Shown here in pieces: positions 1-14,328 of a stretch of DNA of 64,000 bases. The notes below the pieces were generated by a model, which saw only the letters and a list, made by a program, of their open reading frames with translations, was not told the origin of the DNA and did no database searches. Positions within the stretch are counted from its first letter, which is position 1; each line of letters starts with the position of its first letter. The stretch covers positions 17,732,001 to 17,796,000 of the forward strand of contig OZ024740.1 in the NCBI GenBank assembly GCA_964016885.1, given 5' to 3'. The position numbers were made by a program, and so were the translations under genes. This stretch comes from Eledone cirrhosa. Lineage: Eukaryota.

Positions 1-578
1 TACAGTTATATATAGTGGTACATCACATGTCTATAATTATAGTGGTACATCACGTGTCTACAGTTATATATAGTGGTACATCACGTGTCTACAACTATAG
101 TGGTACATCACATGTCTGCAGTTATATAGTGGTGCATCACATGTCTACAACTATATATCGTAGTACATCACATGTCTACAACTATAGTGGTGCATCACAT
201 GTCTACAACTATATAGTGGTACATCACATGTCTACAACTATATAGTGGTACATCACGTCTACAACTATATATAGTACATCACATGTCTACAACTATAGTG
301 GTACATCATGTGTCTACAACTATAGTGGTACATCACATGTCTACAACTATATATCGTAGTACATCACATGTCTACAACTATAGTGGTACATCACATGTCT
401 ACAGTTATATATAGTGGTACATCACATGTCTACAGTTATATATAGTGGTGCATCACATGTCTACAACTATATAGTGGTACATCACATGTCTACAGTTATA
501 TATAGTGGAACATCACGTGTCTACAGTTATATATAGTGGTACATCACGTGTCTACAGTTATATATAGTGGTACATCAC
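1..578. repeat. Minisatellite, ~29-33 bp unit (TAGTGGTACATCACATGTCTACAACTA(TA)n), runs off window start
   Basis: Tandem copies visible directly; length varies in the TA run. Confidence 0.95.
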
Positions 579-997
579 CTGACAAAATGAAGTTCATTAC
601 ATTCACCTCTGAGATAAATATTTCTGTCATTTGTTTTGGAAAAACCCCAAAACAAATAGAGGACAAAGAGGACTGAAACCAAACAATTGACACCTCCCAT
701 TTGCTTCCTCATATTCCAGTGGTAAGATATAGAGAAATAAAAACTAAACAGCTTCTATAGTAAGGGGTCTTTGTAAAATGAAAGGCAATCAGGAGTGTGA
801 GGGGACCAGACAGTTCCAATTTCAATTATTGTAATTTCATTGGTTTGACTAGAAGGTAGTTATTGTTGAAAGGTATTTGGTGGGGATTTCTGAGTTGCCC
901 TAAATTACTTCAGTTAGCTGTCCCTGCCCCCTTTTTTAAACAACTTTTATTTCTTTACATCTCATCCCAGTTATTTTCTTTTTCTTTCTTCATTCCT

Positions 998-1140
998 AGG
1001 TGTAGGCATGGCTATGTGGTAAAGAAGTTCACTTTGAAACTATGTGAAATTGGGTTCAATCCCAATGTGTGGCATCTTGCTTCGGGCCAACAAATGTCTT
1101 GTGAGTAAATTTGGTAGATGGAAAGTGTAGGAAATTTGTG
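998..1140 (+). mobile_element. Degraded tRNA-head SINE
   Basis: A-box-like TGGCTATGTGG, B-box-like GGGTTCAATCCC, ends in (TG)n. Confidence 0.5.
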
Positions 1141-1318
1141 TGTGTGTCTGTGTGTGTAAACATTTAAAGTCTGCTTTCCCTGCTAGCAAGGGTTGGATGG
1201 GTGATCACAGACCATGTCAGTACTTGATTGGAGCCACTGATTTCTAAGATGAACTGGAGTTGTGTACTTTATATACCTTTGACACAACTGAAAACTGGAT
1301 GGGAGGCATCAAAGCCTT

Positions 1319-1698
1319 GCTTGCTCACAGCTGACTTGGGGTTAAACAACAACAACCAGTGAAGTGTGTACAGCTATAGACCCTTAGACTGGATGGTCAT
1401 GGATGGAAGGCTTGCTCACAGCTGACTTGGGGTTAAACAACAACAACCAGTGAAGTGTGTACAGCTATAGACCCTTAGACTGGATGGTCATGGATGGAAG
1501 GCTTGCTCACAGCTGACTTGGGGTTAAACAACAACAACCAGTGAAGTGTGTACAGCTATAGACCCTTAGACTGGATGGTCATGGATGGAAGGCTTGCTCA
1601 CAGCTGACTTGGGGTTAAACAACAACAACCAGTGAAGTGTGTACAGCTATAGACCCTTAGACTGGATGGTCATGGATGGAAGGCTTGCTCACAGCTGA
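1319..1698. repeat. 91-bp tandem repeat, ~4.2 near-identical copies
   Basis: GCTTGCTCACAGCTGAC starts at 1319, 1410, 1501, 1592, 1683. Confidence 0.95.
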
Positions 1699-1936
1699 CA
1701 AGGAATTTAACAAACAACAAGTGTGATGTCAGTCACTTAACTGTGATTCATAATACCAAACAACAACAACACTTACAACAACAAATACTGTTATTAAAGA
1801 CATTATTATTACAGTCATCATCATTGTAATGTTTAACAAGAGATATACAAATATTTTTCTTCCTGGACACACAGACAGAACTTAAAGAAAGGAAATAATA
1901 GAGATAGAGGAATCTATTGTTTATTTCACTTGGGTG

Positions 1937-2388
1937 CTACTACCACCACCGCTACCACCACTTCTACTACCACTACTGCTGCTACTACTACCACTACTGC
2001 TGCTACTACTACCACCACTACTACTACTACTACCACCACTACTGCTACTACCACCACCACCACTACTACTACTGCTACCACTACCACCATTACTGCTACT
2101 ACTACCACCACCACCACCACTGTTACTACTACCACTACTATCACCACTGCTATTATTACCACCACCACCACTACTACCACCACCACTACTACAATGACTA
2201 CCACCACCATCAATACTACTTCAATCTATCTACTACATCTAAAGAAATATTTCACCACCACCACCATCAAACTCTTGACCACAACTATTATTACTACTAC
2301 TATCACCACCACAACCAACACCACTACTACTATCACTACTACCACCCCCACCATGGCCACAACTATTATTACTACTACTACCACTACA
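1937..2388. repeat. Compound trinucleotide microsatellite (ACC/ACT/GCT)n
   Basis: Direct reading. Confidence 0.9.
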
Positions 2389-2859
2389 TTTATTCAAGAT
2401 AAAGTCCCTTTCCTCACCACCCCACTACCTTTTACATATTTATGAATACCAAGGAAAACACACACATACACTGTAACATTCCTTAGGGATGGGCTGGAAC
2501 ATAGAAAGTGTGTGATGTATGTGGGACATACTACTACCACCACCACCACTAGCATCAGTACCTATTGTTAAACTACCTACCCTGTGTGTGTGTTGTAAAA
2601 AGAAAGTGGTTGATTGCAACTTCAAGTTTACCTGTCTGGAGTCTTGTTCAAACAGTTTTTAACAAGACTCCAGACAACAGAATGTTGAAGCCAGTCAACC
2701 AATTTATTTATAATAAACTTAAATACATTCTGTAAAGTGGTTGGTGATAGGAAAGGCATCCAGCTATAGACAGCTTGCCAAACAAAGGGTTGGAAGGACC
2801 CTATAGTAGTGTCAACCTTTCTAATGCTCTCTTATTTACACAGTATCTACTAATGCTTC

Positions 2860-3950
2860 CACTGCAATGCTCAAAACACCAAAGAGCTGCTTCAACCTGA
2901 ACCTAAAATCCAGATCAACTTTTCAAATCTCACAGTCAAAGAAATTGGAATATTTGTGAAGAAAGTTAGATCCCAAAGAAGCCAAAAGAACAATGATATC
3001 TCATACAAGAGAAGAAGCAATAACACAGGATTGGTGCTTGGCAGTTGTGACAGAAGAAGGCATCAGCAATCGATTAGATTCGATGCTTTTCCTCAAAGTA
3101 GAGGGTAAGTTGTTTGAAGGTGTTTTGGCAAGAAGAATGTCTTCTAGCACTAAAAGAACTCACAGACAAATTAGTTCAGAAAGCCAGTGTCTAGGAGATG
3201 TCCATGCTGCCTTGAGAGGGCTCAGATGATTTGGAGTTGAGAAGGAAAGACCATGTTGTTTGGCTTCATGTGGCAGATGAACATGGATTTGTTTCCTATA
3301 CATGGATACACAAAACATTAGGTTGGAGAGAGAACAGCATTTCAAGATGAGTGGGACAGAACTCCTAATGGGACAGAACTCCTAATGTGGCAGAACTCCT
3401 AATGTGGCAGAACTCCTAATGTGGCAGAACTCCTAATGTGGCAGAACTCCTAATGTGGCAGAACTCCTAATGTGGCAGAACTCCTAATGTGGCAGAACTC
3501 CTAATGTGGCAGAACTCCTAATGTGGCAGAACTCCTAATGTGGCAGAACTCCTAATGTGGCAGAACTCCTAATGGGACATAACTCCTAATGTGGCAGAAC
3601 TCCTAATGTGGCAGAACTCCTAATGTGGCAGAACTCCTAATGTGGCAGAACTCCTAATGTGGCAGAACTCCTAATGTGGCAGAACTCCTAATGTGGCAGA
3701 ACTCCTAATGTGGCAGAACTCCTAATGTGGCAGAACTCCTAATGTGGCAGAACTCCTAATGTGGCAGAACTCCTAATGGGACATAACTCCTAATGTGGCA
3801 CCTTAATTCAATCTTCAGGTGGCACCCACCAAAGGAATTCACGGTACGCATAACAATAAACATTGTAATTGGGTGTACCATTTTCCCGCTCCTCTTTATG
3901 TTGGTTATGGATTTCATACTGAGAGGTGCAAGAAGCTGCTCAGGGGACAT
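2860..3950 (+). mobile_element. Decayed RLE-type (HERO/NeSL-like) non-LTR reverse transcriptase fragment, split by a 17-bp minisatellite
   Basis: Peptides LTVKEIGIFVKKVRS, LFLKVEGKLFEGVLARRM and IVIGCTIFPLLFMLVMDFILR resemble successive RT motifs of that group (ISLLNVEGKIF, GCTISPLLF). Confidence 0.6.
3352..3800. repeat. 17-bp minisatellite (AACTCCTAATGTGGCAG), ~26 copies
   Basis: Direct reading. Confidence 0.97.
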
Positions 3951-4129
3951 TTGGTACTGCCACTGCTATGTTTTTATGGAGACCATTACTGCAATAGTGA
4001 GAAACAAGAATCAGGAGAGAAAGAAAAACTCTTTAAACCCAGTTAAATGAACTAATGAACTACCCCAGTTATATTGTCTTTAATGTAGTGTCAAGTTCAG
4101 AAATTTCACATTGAAATGTCATTAACACT

Positions 4130-4198
4130 AACCGTCTAACCCATGCTAGCATGGAAGAACAGACGTAAAACGGTGATGATGATGATGATGATGATGAC
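4130..4198 (+). mobile_element. Old RTE/SINE 3' terminus with (GAT)n tail
   Basis: CCGTCTAACCCATGCTAGCATGG...GACGTAAAACG(GAT)n, homologous to the 3' hairpin of the RTE family in this window. Confidence 0.75.
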
Positions 4199-5069
4199 TG
4201 ATTCCAATGACCAGGAAGCAGGCAATTAAGAGTATTGACCGTATTGCTACAGTTGCCTTAAATGATGTGAAGGTATTGTGGTAGAGGTCAAGTTGAGACT
4301 AGCTTTAACTACAATTGACAACTGCAGTTTGGTAAAGGAAGTTTAAAGTGTAATGTTATCAACAGTGTTTAGCCAAGGATGTAATAGCCACTCCAAGTAC
4401 ATGAAATACTGTTAATAAGACTGGAGAGAATAGAAGGGTGCTAGCAAATTCTTATGAAACTGGCATTGTCTTCAACCATGCTTTATAAAAGTTGTACTAC
4501 ATAGTGCTACTGTGAAATTCAGCCACTTTCAACATTGTTGGGTGAGAAGTTTAATGAAGCCAAAGCCTATTGTCATATGTTGCTTTATTGAGGCTCCTCC
4601 ACTGCAGGGTGCCCGGGGCAATTGCCCCTTTTGACCCCCATTAAATCCAGCTCTGCCTTTAGGATTTGGTGATTCCCATGTTTTGTACAACACAGCTAAT
4701 AGTATTGATAGGAAAACATTGGAGCAAGAGAAAAGCTGTTGAGATGACAGAGACCACCTTGGAAATGAAGGTGATAAAGTGTGGTGTAAAACATAGGACG
4801 GATGAACAATAAAGATGGCTTTGCTGCTGTTGACAATATTTATGTTACATACTGGTATGTGACCCCAAAGACCTTGCCCTTCCCTTCATTTTCCATTTTT
4901 AAATATCTGTAGTGTTGTTGCTATTTGAAATAGATTTGTTTATGATATTTTTATTTTTATTGTGGAAAGTGTTTTTATTTAATCAGATAAATATATCTTA
5001 GAGTATTAATGTTGTGGTGATCAGCAGTCAGTAATGAGAAGAAGGGAGGTAGGTGTAAAAGCCAAACTT

Positions 5070-5370
5070 GCTGGTAGAGCTGCTACTTCTCCAAATTGAG
5101 AGATCACAGCTCTGATACTATGGGTATGTGGTTAGAATGTCTCACCAAAGAAGCACTGGACAGATTTTTACGTGCAAAACCAATCGGTAGTAGACCCCGA
5201 ACAAGATGGTTGGATAACAACCATGAGTTTGGTTGGTCTTGCTTGGGGATCCAGCCAGATCAGTTGGAGACAGTTGCTACTGATAGGACTTGCTGGAAGG
5301 AGTGTTTGAGGACTCTGCCACCACAACCCTCTCAGGGATATGTGGGCAAAGAAGAAAAAGAAAAGAAATG
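5070..5370 (+). mobile_element. Rex3/Expander-like RTE 3' coding remnant
   Basis: RPRTRWLD...GWSCLGIQPDQLETVATDRTCWKECLRTLPPQP matches the typical RTE C-terminus pattern. Confidence 0.7.
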
Positions 5371-5752
5371 ATCAAGGTGACAATATTTATGTCACATACT
5401 GGTATTAATTCAAGAGTATTAATGTTGTGATGATTAAGCATTTCCCAGAGATGAATTAATACTACATATGATCTGGGGTTAAACAACAACCGCAACAACA
5501 ACATAGGTATATACACACCAAACTGTAAATAACTTAAGTTAAATCTGCAATAAATTAGGTGTAGCTTAACTAATTAATACTTAACTTTGGTAACAAATGA
5601 ATTATAATTAGAATACAGCTGAATGGTGGTAATCAGTTGAGAGAGAGGGAGAGTGTGGGTGATGTACATGTGCTGGTGTGTATGAATAAATTTATAAACA
5701 AAGAAATCTCTCTCTCTCTCACATATATATATATGTATATGTGTGTGTATAT

Positions 5753-6285
5753 ATATAAAATCAAGCTTTAGCAAATAGAGAAGAAGTTTTAAAATAAATT
5801 TTAAAAAGTTTGCTGTACTTACTATATATATGTGCCTTTACCGTGGTTTCCAATCCCAAAATAAACAGATAATCCAAGCGGATTTCCATTGAGAAAGAGA
5901 TTTTCGTCAGAAGGCTTTTCTTGCTCGGAGAATATAAAATTTTCGAGTTCAAATCACAAACTGGTGCCACACAAAACTGTTCCTAAATGTCCGCCCTACT
6001 TTCTGTCTTCACACACGGCACTAGACAGAATTGTTTCTTCTCTCATTCACTCTCATTCGGGAACAGTTTTGTGTGGCACCAGTTTGTGATTTGAACTCGA
6101 GAATTTTATATTCTCCGAGCGAGAAAAGCCTTCTGACGAAAATCTCTTTCTCAATGGAAATCTGCTTGGATTATCTGTTTATTTTGGGATTGGAAACTGT
6201 GGTAAAGGCATATATAGTAAGTACAGCAAACTTAAAAAATTTATTTTAAAACTTCTTCTCTATTTGCTAAACCTTGATTTTATAT
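5753..6285. mobile_element. Foldback MITE: ~230-bp inverted arms (5753-5983 / 6060-6285), 76-bp spacer
   Basis: Arms are reverse complements with scattered mismatches; TA at both ends. Confidence 0.85.
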
Positions 6286-6419
6286 GTTCTGGCTTGTTAA
6301 TTTATTAACCTACCATAGAACCACATTGGCATACACTTGGACAATACTTGTATCCCTATATGTATTTTTTACATGTAGGAACACATACTTTTATTATATA
6401 TATATATATATATATATAA

Positions 6420-6678
6420 AGTCTAAAGTTTGTCCTAAACCAGAAGCCTCATTTAGCCAGTGCTCATCTCGGTTTCATGGCGTGAAGCGACTGAGATTAC
6501 AAGACTCCCCCTCTGGACAGGACACCAGTCCATTGCAGGGTTAAACCCCCAGCTATTGCTGGTACTCATTTTCAGCTGAGTATACTGGAGCAACGTGAAA
6601 TGAAGTGTTTTCTCAAGAACACATCACACAACCCAGGAATCGAACCAACAATATTATGATCGTAAGTCCAACACCCTT
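6420..6678 (-). mobile_element. tRNA-head SINE, diverged
   Basis: Shares CAGCTGAGTA.ACTGGAGCAA.GTGAAAT.AAGTG core with SINEs at 29060 and 36447; GTTCGATTCC B-box on minus strand. Confidence 0.7.
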
Positions 6679-6695
6679 ACACATACACAAATAGA

Positions 6696-7010
6696 GAAGG
6701 CACATGGCTTAGTGGTTAGAGCATTGGGCTTAAAATCAGGAGGTTGTGAGTTCGATTCTTGGACTGAGTGATGGGCTGTGTCCTTGGACAAGACACTTTA
6801 TTTCATGGTGCTTCATTTTACTCAGCTGTAGAAATAAGATGTGATGTTACTAGTGGCAAGATGTATCGGTCTTTGCCTTGGAGAATATTAGTGGTGGGGA
6901 GAGGGGAGGCTGGCATACATGGGCACCTGGTGGTCTTCCGCAGAAAACCTTGCCTAGACATAGACTTGTGCCTCAGAGGAGAACTTTCTAGGTGTAAAGG
7001 GTATCTTTGC
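6696..7010 (+). mobile_element. tRNA-head SINE, same head/core as 36447 but different tail
   Basis: A box TGGCTTAGTGG, B box GTTCGATTC, core CCTTGGACAAGACACTT. Confidence 0.8.
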
Positions 7011-7071
7011 TTATATATGTGTGTGTGTGTATGTATGTATATATATCTGTGTGTGTGTATGTATGTGTATA

Positions 7072-7120
<49 letters not shown>

Positions 7121-7320
7121 AAACAACTATGTTGATAGAAGAATCAACTATCATTAAAAAAATTATATTTATTTCCTTAGACAAGTTTCAAAAGAGTTTT
7201 ACATGTAATTATTGAAATGTTATGAAACATTTCACCTGTGTCCCTATACAGGTGTAGATATACATGTGTCCCTATACAGGTGTAGATATACAGCGATAAT
7301 TGTACATTCCTTCTCTTCAG

Positions 7321-7349
7321 AGAACAGAGGTTTGAAAATGAGTGGGAAT
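7321..7349 (+). other. Candidate 29-nt exon
   Basis: cattccttctcttcag acceptor and AAT|gtgagt donor; could read EQRFENEWE or NRGLKMSGN; no partner exon confirmed. Confidence 0.3.
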
Positions 7350-7479
7350 GTGAGTGAAATATCAATTTTAACATAGGAAGGAAGATGAAGCAATTGTACA
7401 GCATAAGACAATTACTATCATATATAATTCTCTACATTTCTTTGAGCATTATATATATAGTTCTAACTTCGCTATATGT

Positions 7480-7775
<296 letters not shown>

Positions 7776-8248
7776 TGTAGAACAGAACAAAGGGAATCAC
7801 AAAATGACAAATTAGTCACCGAGGAGGTCACAGAATATGATGAAAGAGCTTTGACAATAAACAAATAAACAACCATCCAGTTATTTAATTAACCAACTGG
7901 AAATTTGTAATAAATCGAAGTGAAAGCCAACAGGTGTATGTGTTTTGATTGGTTGCATTGCCCTCCCAAAGTATAACAATATATATATATATATATCTGC
8001 AAAAAGTAAATGGCTAAACGACACAGGAAAACAAACAGAACAATGAAGATATATATTACACTTGATATAGGAGGAAAAGAGTTTTAACATTTCAGATGTT
8101 AGTCCTGCATCAGAAGATAGAAAGAGGGGGAAGAAACGGGGTGTTTTTGTAGAGAAAGCACATGTGTTATTGATATGAGCTAGCCAAATCAGAAATCAAT
8201 ATATAAAAGTGTGTGTGTGTATACATGTATATAATATATACACATCTA

Positions 8249-9026
8249 TTCTCTCTAAAAATGAAAGGCAAGCTGTATGATGCCTGCATACGAACATCAA
8301 TGTTACATGGCAGTGAGACCTGGGCATTGTGTGCAGAGGATATACGCAGACTGGAGAGGAACGAAGCTTGCATGCTCCGTTGGATGTGTAATAGTAATAT
8401 ACGTGAACAGCAAAGCACAAACGAACTAAGGGAAAAATTAGAAATAAGAGGGATCAGATGTTGTTTACTTGAGAGAAGACTGCGTTGGTATGGTCACGTG
8501 ATGCGCATGAAAGACGACAGCTGTATAAAAAAGTGTAGGGCAATAAAGATAGATGGTAGCCACGGAGTAGGCAGACCCAGAAAAACCTGGGACGACTTGA
8601 TAAATTCCGACCTCACACACTTACACCTCTCCAAGACAATGTCACTGGACCAAGATCTTTGGCGCTACACAGTAATACAGAAGACCCGCCTTACCTAAGT
8701 ACAAAGTGAAACCTACTACAGTCAGTAGGCACCTCTAACAAATACACCCCCGTCCCACTACCTCCACCCCATCCACACCACCCCTTTCAATGTAAAGTTA
8801 TGTTGGTACCACAACATCCAGTCCGAAACAAATGAGGTCGTGTAGGTGTCACGACAAAAAAACACACAGTCCATGCTGTAATATGGCCGTGTAGGTAACA
8901 CGCTAAAAACCTCCCAGTCCACACTGTAAACGTGGTTGGTGTTAGGAAGGGCATCCAGCCGTAGAAAACCCGCCAGACAGTCCTATGCGAGGAAGACAAC
9001 CACTCTTGCCTCAAGTGGGAAAACTC
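8249..9026 (+). mobile_element. RTE LINE family A, 3' fragment (copy 1), 3' UTR cut off at a Penelope-like insertion
   Basis: [16 protein letters not shown]...RRLRWYGHV...GRPRKTW, stop at 8698, followed by the family 3' UTR. Confidence 0.93.
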
Positions 9027-9640
9027 AGCACACTGTATATCTCTCTCTGGTGTGTTACCTTTTCAACATATTGTATATATATATATACATATAATATGTT
9101 GAGAAGGTAACACACCAGAGAGAGATATATAGTGCGTTATCAATAATACAGGGAAACAAACCACCAGTGTATGGAATCTATAACCTATGAAAGGCAGACT
9201 ATAGACACGATAATTAAAAATATAAATTAAAGCGTAAATAAATACCTCTATAACTATATAACACACGTACAAAATCTCTTAGTGTTGTCTGAAATGTATA
9301 GCCTTACACACGCTGATGAACCGAGACTAGACCATTTCTTTCAACAAATTTTTTGGTGAAACATATCTTTGGATTTGTACGTGTGTTATATAGTTATAGA
9401 GGTATTTATTTACGCTTTAATTTATATTTTTAATTATCGTGTCTATAGTCTGCCTTTCATAGGTTATAGATTCCATACACTGGTGGTTTTTTCCCTGTAT
9501 TATTGATAACGCACTATATATCTCTCTCTGGTGTGTTACCTTCTCAACATATTATATTTTAAGGGGCTCAGGATCTCTTCCCCTTTGAGCACATTATTTA
9601 CAGGGAATAACGACGGCCTATGCCTCCGTTAATTTATCGT
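9027..9640 (+). mobile_element. Penelope-like pLTR with long inverted repeat (9089-9273 / 9374-9557)
   Basis: Near-perfect ~185-bp inverted arms around a spacer holding a hammerhead core; inverted pLTRs with hammerheads are characteristic of Penelope-like elements. Confidence 0.7.
9306..9386 (+). ncRNA. Type I hammerhead ribozyme
   Basis: ACACACG-CTGATGA-accgaga..ttttggt-GAA-ACATATC tttg GATTTGT-A-CGTGTGT; helices I, II, III pair by hand; GUA site at 9377-9379. Confidence 0.8.
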
Positions 9641-9715
9641 GATATATATATATACATATATACATATACATCATAAGGTTTAGCGTCCGTGTTCCACGCT
9701 TGCATATATGTATAC

Positions 9716-9746
<31 letters not shown>

Positions 9747-10086
9747 CATATATATATACATATACATATATACATATATATACATATATACATATATATA
9801 TACATATATACATTATATATATACATTATATATATACATATATACATATATACATATATACATTATATATATACATATACATATATACATATATATACAT
9901 ATATATACATATATACATTATATATATACATTATATATATACATATATACATATATACATTATATATATACATTATATATATACATATATACATATATAC
10001 ATATATACATATATATACATATATACATATATATATATATACATATATATATACATATATACATATATATATATATACATATATAC

Positions 10087-10117
<31 letters not shown>

Positions 10118-10150
10118 CATATATACATATATATATATATACATATATAT

Positions 10151-10183
<33 letters not shown>

Positions 10184-10206
10184 TATATACATATATATAT
10201 ATATAC

Positions 10207-10263
<57 letters not shown>

Positions 10264-10322
10264 TATATACATATATATATATATATAGATATATACATAT
10301 ATATATATATATAGATATATAC

Positions 10323-10377
<55 letters not shown>

Positions 10378-10431
10378 TATATACATATATATATATATAT
10401 AGATATATACATATATATATATATAGATATA

Positions 10432-10474
<43 letters not shown>

Positions 10475-10477
<3 letters not shown>

Positions 10478-10950
10478 TCATCATCATCATCATCAACGTT
10501 TAACGTCCGTGTTCCACGCTTGCATGGGTTTGGACGGGGGTAGTCCCACTTGAGGCAAGAGTGATTGTCTTGCTCGCATAGGACTGTCTGGCAGGTTTTC
10601 TACAGTTGGATGCCCTTCCTAACACCAACCACATTTACAGTGTGGGTCTGGGAGGTTTTTACCGTGTTGCCTACACGGCCACATTACAGCGTGGACTGTG
10701 TGTTTTTTTGTCGTGACACCTACACGATCTCATTTGTTTCGGCCTGGATGGCGCGGCACCAACATAACTTTACATAGAACGGGGTGGTGTGGATGGAGTG
10801 GGGGTGGTGGTGGTGGGACGGGGTGTATTTTGTTAGAGATGCCTACTGGCTGGAGTAGGTTTTACTATATATTTAGGTAAGGCGGGTCTTCTCTGTTACT
10901 GAGTACCGCCAAAGGTCTCGGTCCAGTGACATTGTCTTGGAGAGGTGTAA
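10475..10950 (-). mobile_element. RTE family A 3' end (copy 2)
   Basis: Last codons [24 protein letters not shown], full 3' UTR, (GAT)n tail; TA array on both sides. Confidence 0.95.
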
Positions 10951-10980
10951 ATAGATATATACATATATATATATATATAG

Positions 10981-11029
<49 letters not shown>

Positions 11030-11099
11030 TATATACATATATATATAGATATATACATATATAGATATATACATATATATATATATATAGATATATACA

Positions 11100-11133
<34 letters not shown>

Positions 11134-11134
11134 G

Positions 11135-11417
<283 letters not shown>

Positions 11418-11438
11418 CATATATATATACATATATAT

Positions 11439-11493
<55 letters not shown>

Positions 11494-11534
11494 CATATAT
11501 ATATACATATATATATATATATACATATATATAC

Positions 11535-11625
<91 letters not shown>

Positions 11626-11650
11626 CATATATATACATATATACATATAT

Positions 11651-11681
<31 letters not shown>

Positions 11682-11725
11682 TACATATATACATATATAT
11701 ACATATATACATATATACATATATC

Positions 11726-11926
<201 letters not shown>

Positions 11927-11943
11927 CATATATACATATTATA

Positions 11944-11995
<52 letters not shown>

Positions 11996-12078
11996 CATAT
12001 ATACATATATATATATATACATATATATATATACATATATATATATACATATATACATATATACATATATATATACAT

Positions 12079-12121
<43 letters not shown>

Positions 12122-12122
12122 C

Positions 12123-12153
<31 letters not shown>

Positions 12154-12202
12154 TACATATATATATACATACATATATACATATATATATATACATATAT
12201 AC

Positions 12203-12246
<44 letters not shown>

Positions 12247-12267
12247 TATATATATATATATATACAT

Positions 12268-12299
<32 letters not shown>

Positions 12300-12840
12300 T
12301 AGTTTTAATATAGATGAGATTCTACAGGACTAGAACTGTTTCATTCTTTAGAAATCATCAGGAATCTATGTATCAAAAAATAAAAATGGTATTTATAGGT
12401 CTCTACAAGTGGTAGGAGAGGGTGGGGAGTGGGATGGGTGTAGGTCATTGGTTGATAGAAAAGGGAATTCATTAAAAGCTAATTCTACAAAGCTATAGTT
12501 AATTTTTATTTTTATTTTTATTTATTTATGTTTTTAGAGTAACAAGGGCAGACAGAATTCTATAAACAGGTTCTGGATCGCATACCAATCCTTGTCAATA
12601 AGTTTCTCTTAAGCTAACAGATGTCTATAAGGTCAGTGGGGGGTCAGTCATGGTTGAAAGAATTAAAGAAAAGGGAGATTCCTTAAAAGCTAAAATCATT
12701 AAGGTTCTGCTAAGTGACAAAGGTTTAGAGAATTCTGTAGACAGATTCAAAATACTGAGTACATATCTTACAATTATCTTCTAATTTCTCTTAAACTAAT
12801 CAACTATATGCCAAAAATCAACAGATACATTCACAAAAAA
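12300..12840 (-). mobile_element. Probable Penelope-like 3' end/pLTR
   Basis: Unique island with internal degenerate repeats ending in a hammerhead motif; coding similarity not established. Confidence 0.5.
12317..12367 (-). ncRNA. Minimal type I hammerhead ribozyme
   Basis: Minus strand AGATTC-CTGATGA-tttc taaa gaat-GAA-ACAG ttctagtc CTGT-A-GAATCT. Confidence 0.75.
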
Positions 12841-12964
12841 ACATACTCACTCACACACTCACGCGCAAACATAAACACACATACACATACACATATACAC
12901 ACATAAAAACACACACACATATATATAAATATATCCATATACATACATATACATACACACATAC

Positions 12965-13004
<40 letters not shown>

Positions 13005-13018
13005 TCATATATATACAT

Positions 13019-13067
<49 letters not shown>

Positions 13068-13150
13068 CACATAAATACACTCACACACATACATACAAAC
13101 ACAAATATACATGTGTATACATATACACACAAATACAGAGATATATATAC

Positions 13151-13181
<31 letters not shown>

Positions 13182-13347
13182 GACATACACACATATATAT
13201 AAACCACATACACACACATATATACATATACACACACATACACCAACATATATACATATACACACACATACACACACACATATACATATACACACACATA
13301 CACACACACATATACATACACACACACATATACATATACACACACAT

Positions 13348-13416
<69 letters not shown>

Positions 13417-13427
13417 CATATATATAC

Positions 13428-13496
<69 letters not shown>

Positions 13497-13731
13497 CACA
13501 TACATAAACAAATATATACATATACATACACACACACACACACACATACATACACATATATATATATATATATATATACATATATATATGTATATATATA
13601 TGTATATATATATATATGCAAGCAGGGAAAAGCGGACGTAAAATGATGATGATGATGATATATACACACACACACACATATATATACATACACATATATA
13701 AGGAAAAAGCACCATACATACATATATATAC

Positions 13732-13778
<47 letters not shown>

Positions 13779-13858
13779 TACACCATTCATACATATATTC
13801 ATATATATATACACACACACACATATACATATATATACATATATATATATATACATAC

Positions 13859-13891
<33 letters not shown>

Positions 13892-13981
13892 CATATACAT
13901 ACACGTATATACATATATACACACACACACATATACATACACATACACACACACACATACACACAAATACATACACACATA

Positions 13982-14015
<34 letters not shown>

Positions 14016-14086
14016 CATATATATACATAAATATATATATATATATAAAAATATATAAAAAAATATACACACATATACATACACAT

Positions 14087-14131
<45 letters not shown>

Positions 14132-14224
14132 CAAACATACATATACACACACATATATACATATATATATATATATATATACATATATACACACATATAT
14201 ACACACATACATATACACATACAC

Positions 14225-14267
<43 letters not shown>

Positions 14268-14328
14268 CATATACACACACATATATATACACACACACAC
14301 ATACATACACATGCATATGTATAAATAT

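Noticed and set aside
579-722. Possible exons on either strand next to the first minisatellite
   Set aside because: Splice sites are plausible on both strands with no recognisable protein; cannot discriminate
1917-2445. Thr-rich or His/Tyr-rich ORFs as a mucin exon
   Set aside because: Degenerate ACN microsatellite open in several frames, no convincing splice pair
8075-8125. Minus-strand CTGATGC...GAAA hammerhead-like motif
   Set aside because: Core mutated and helices do not close convincingly
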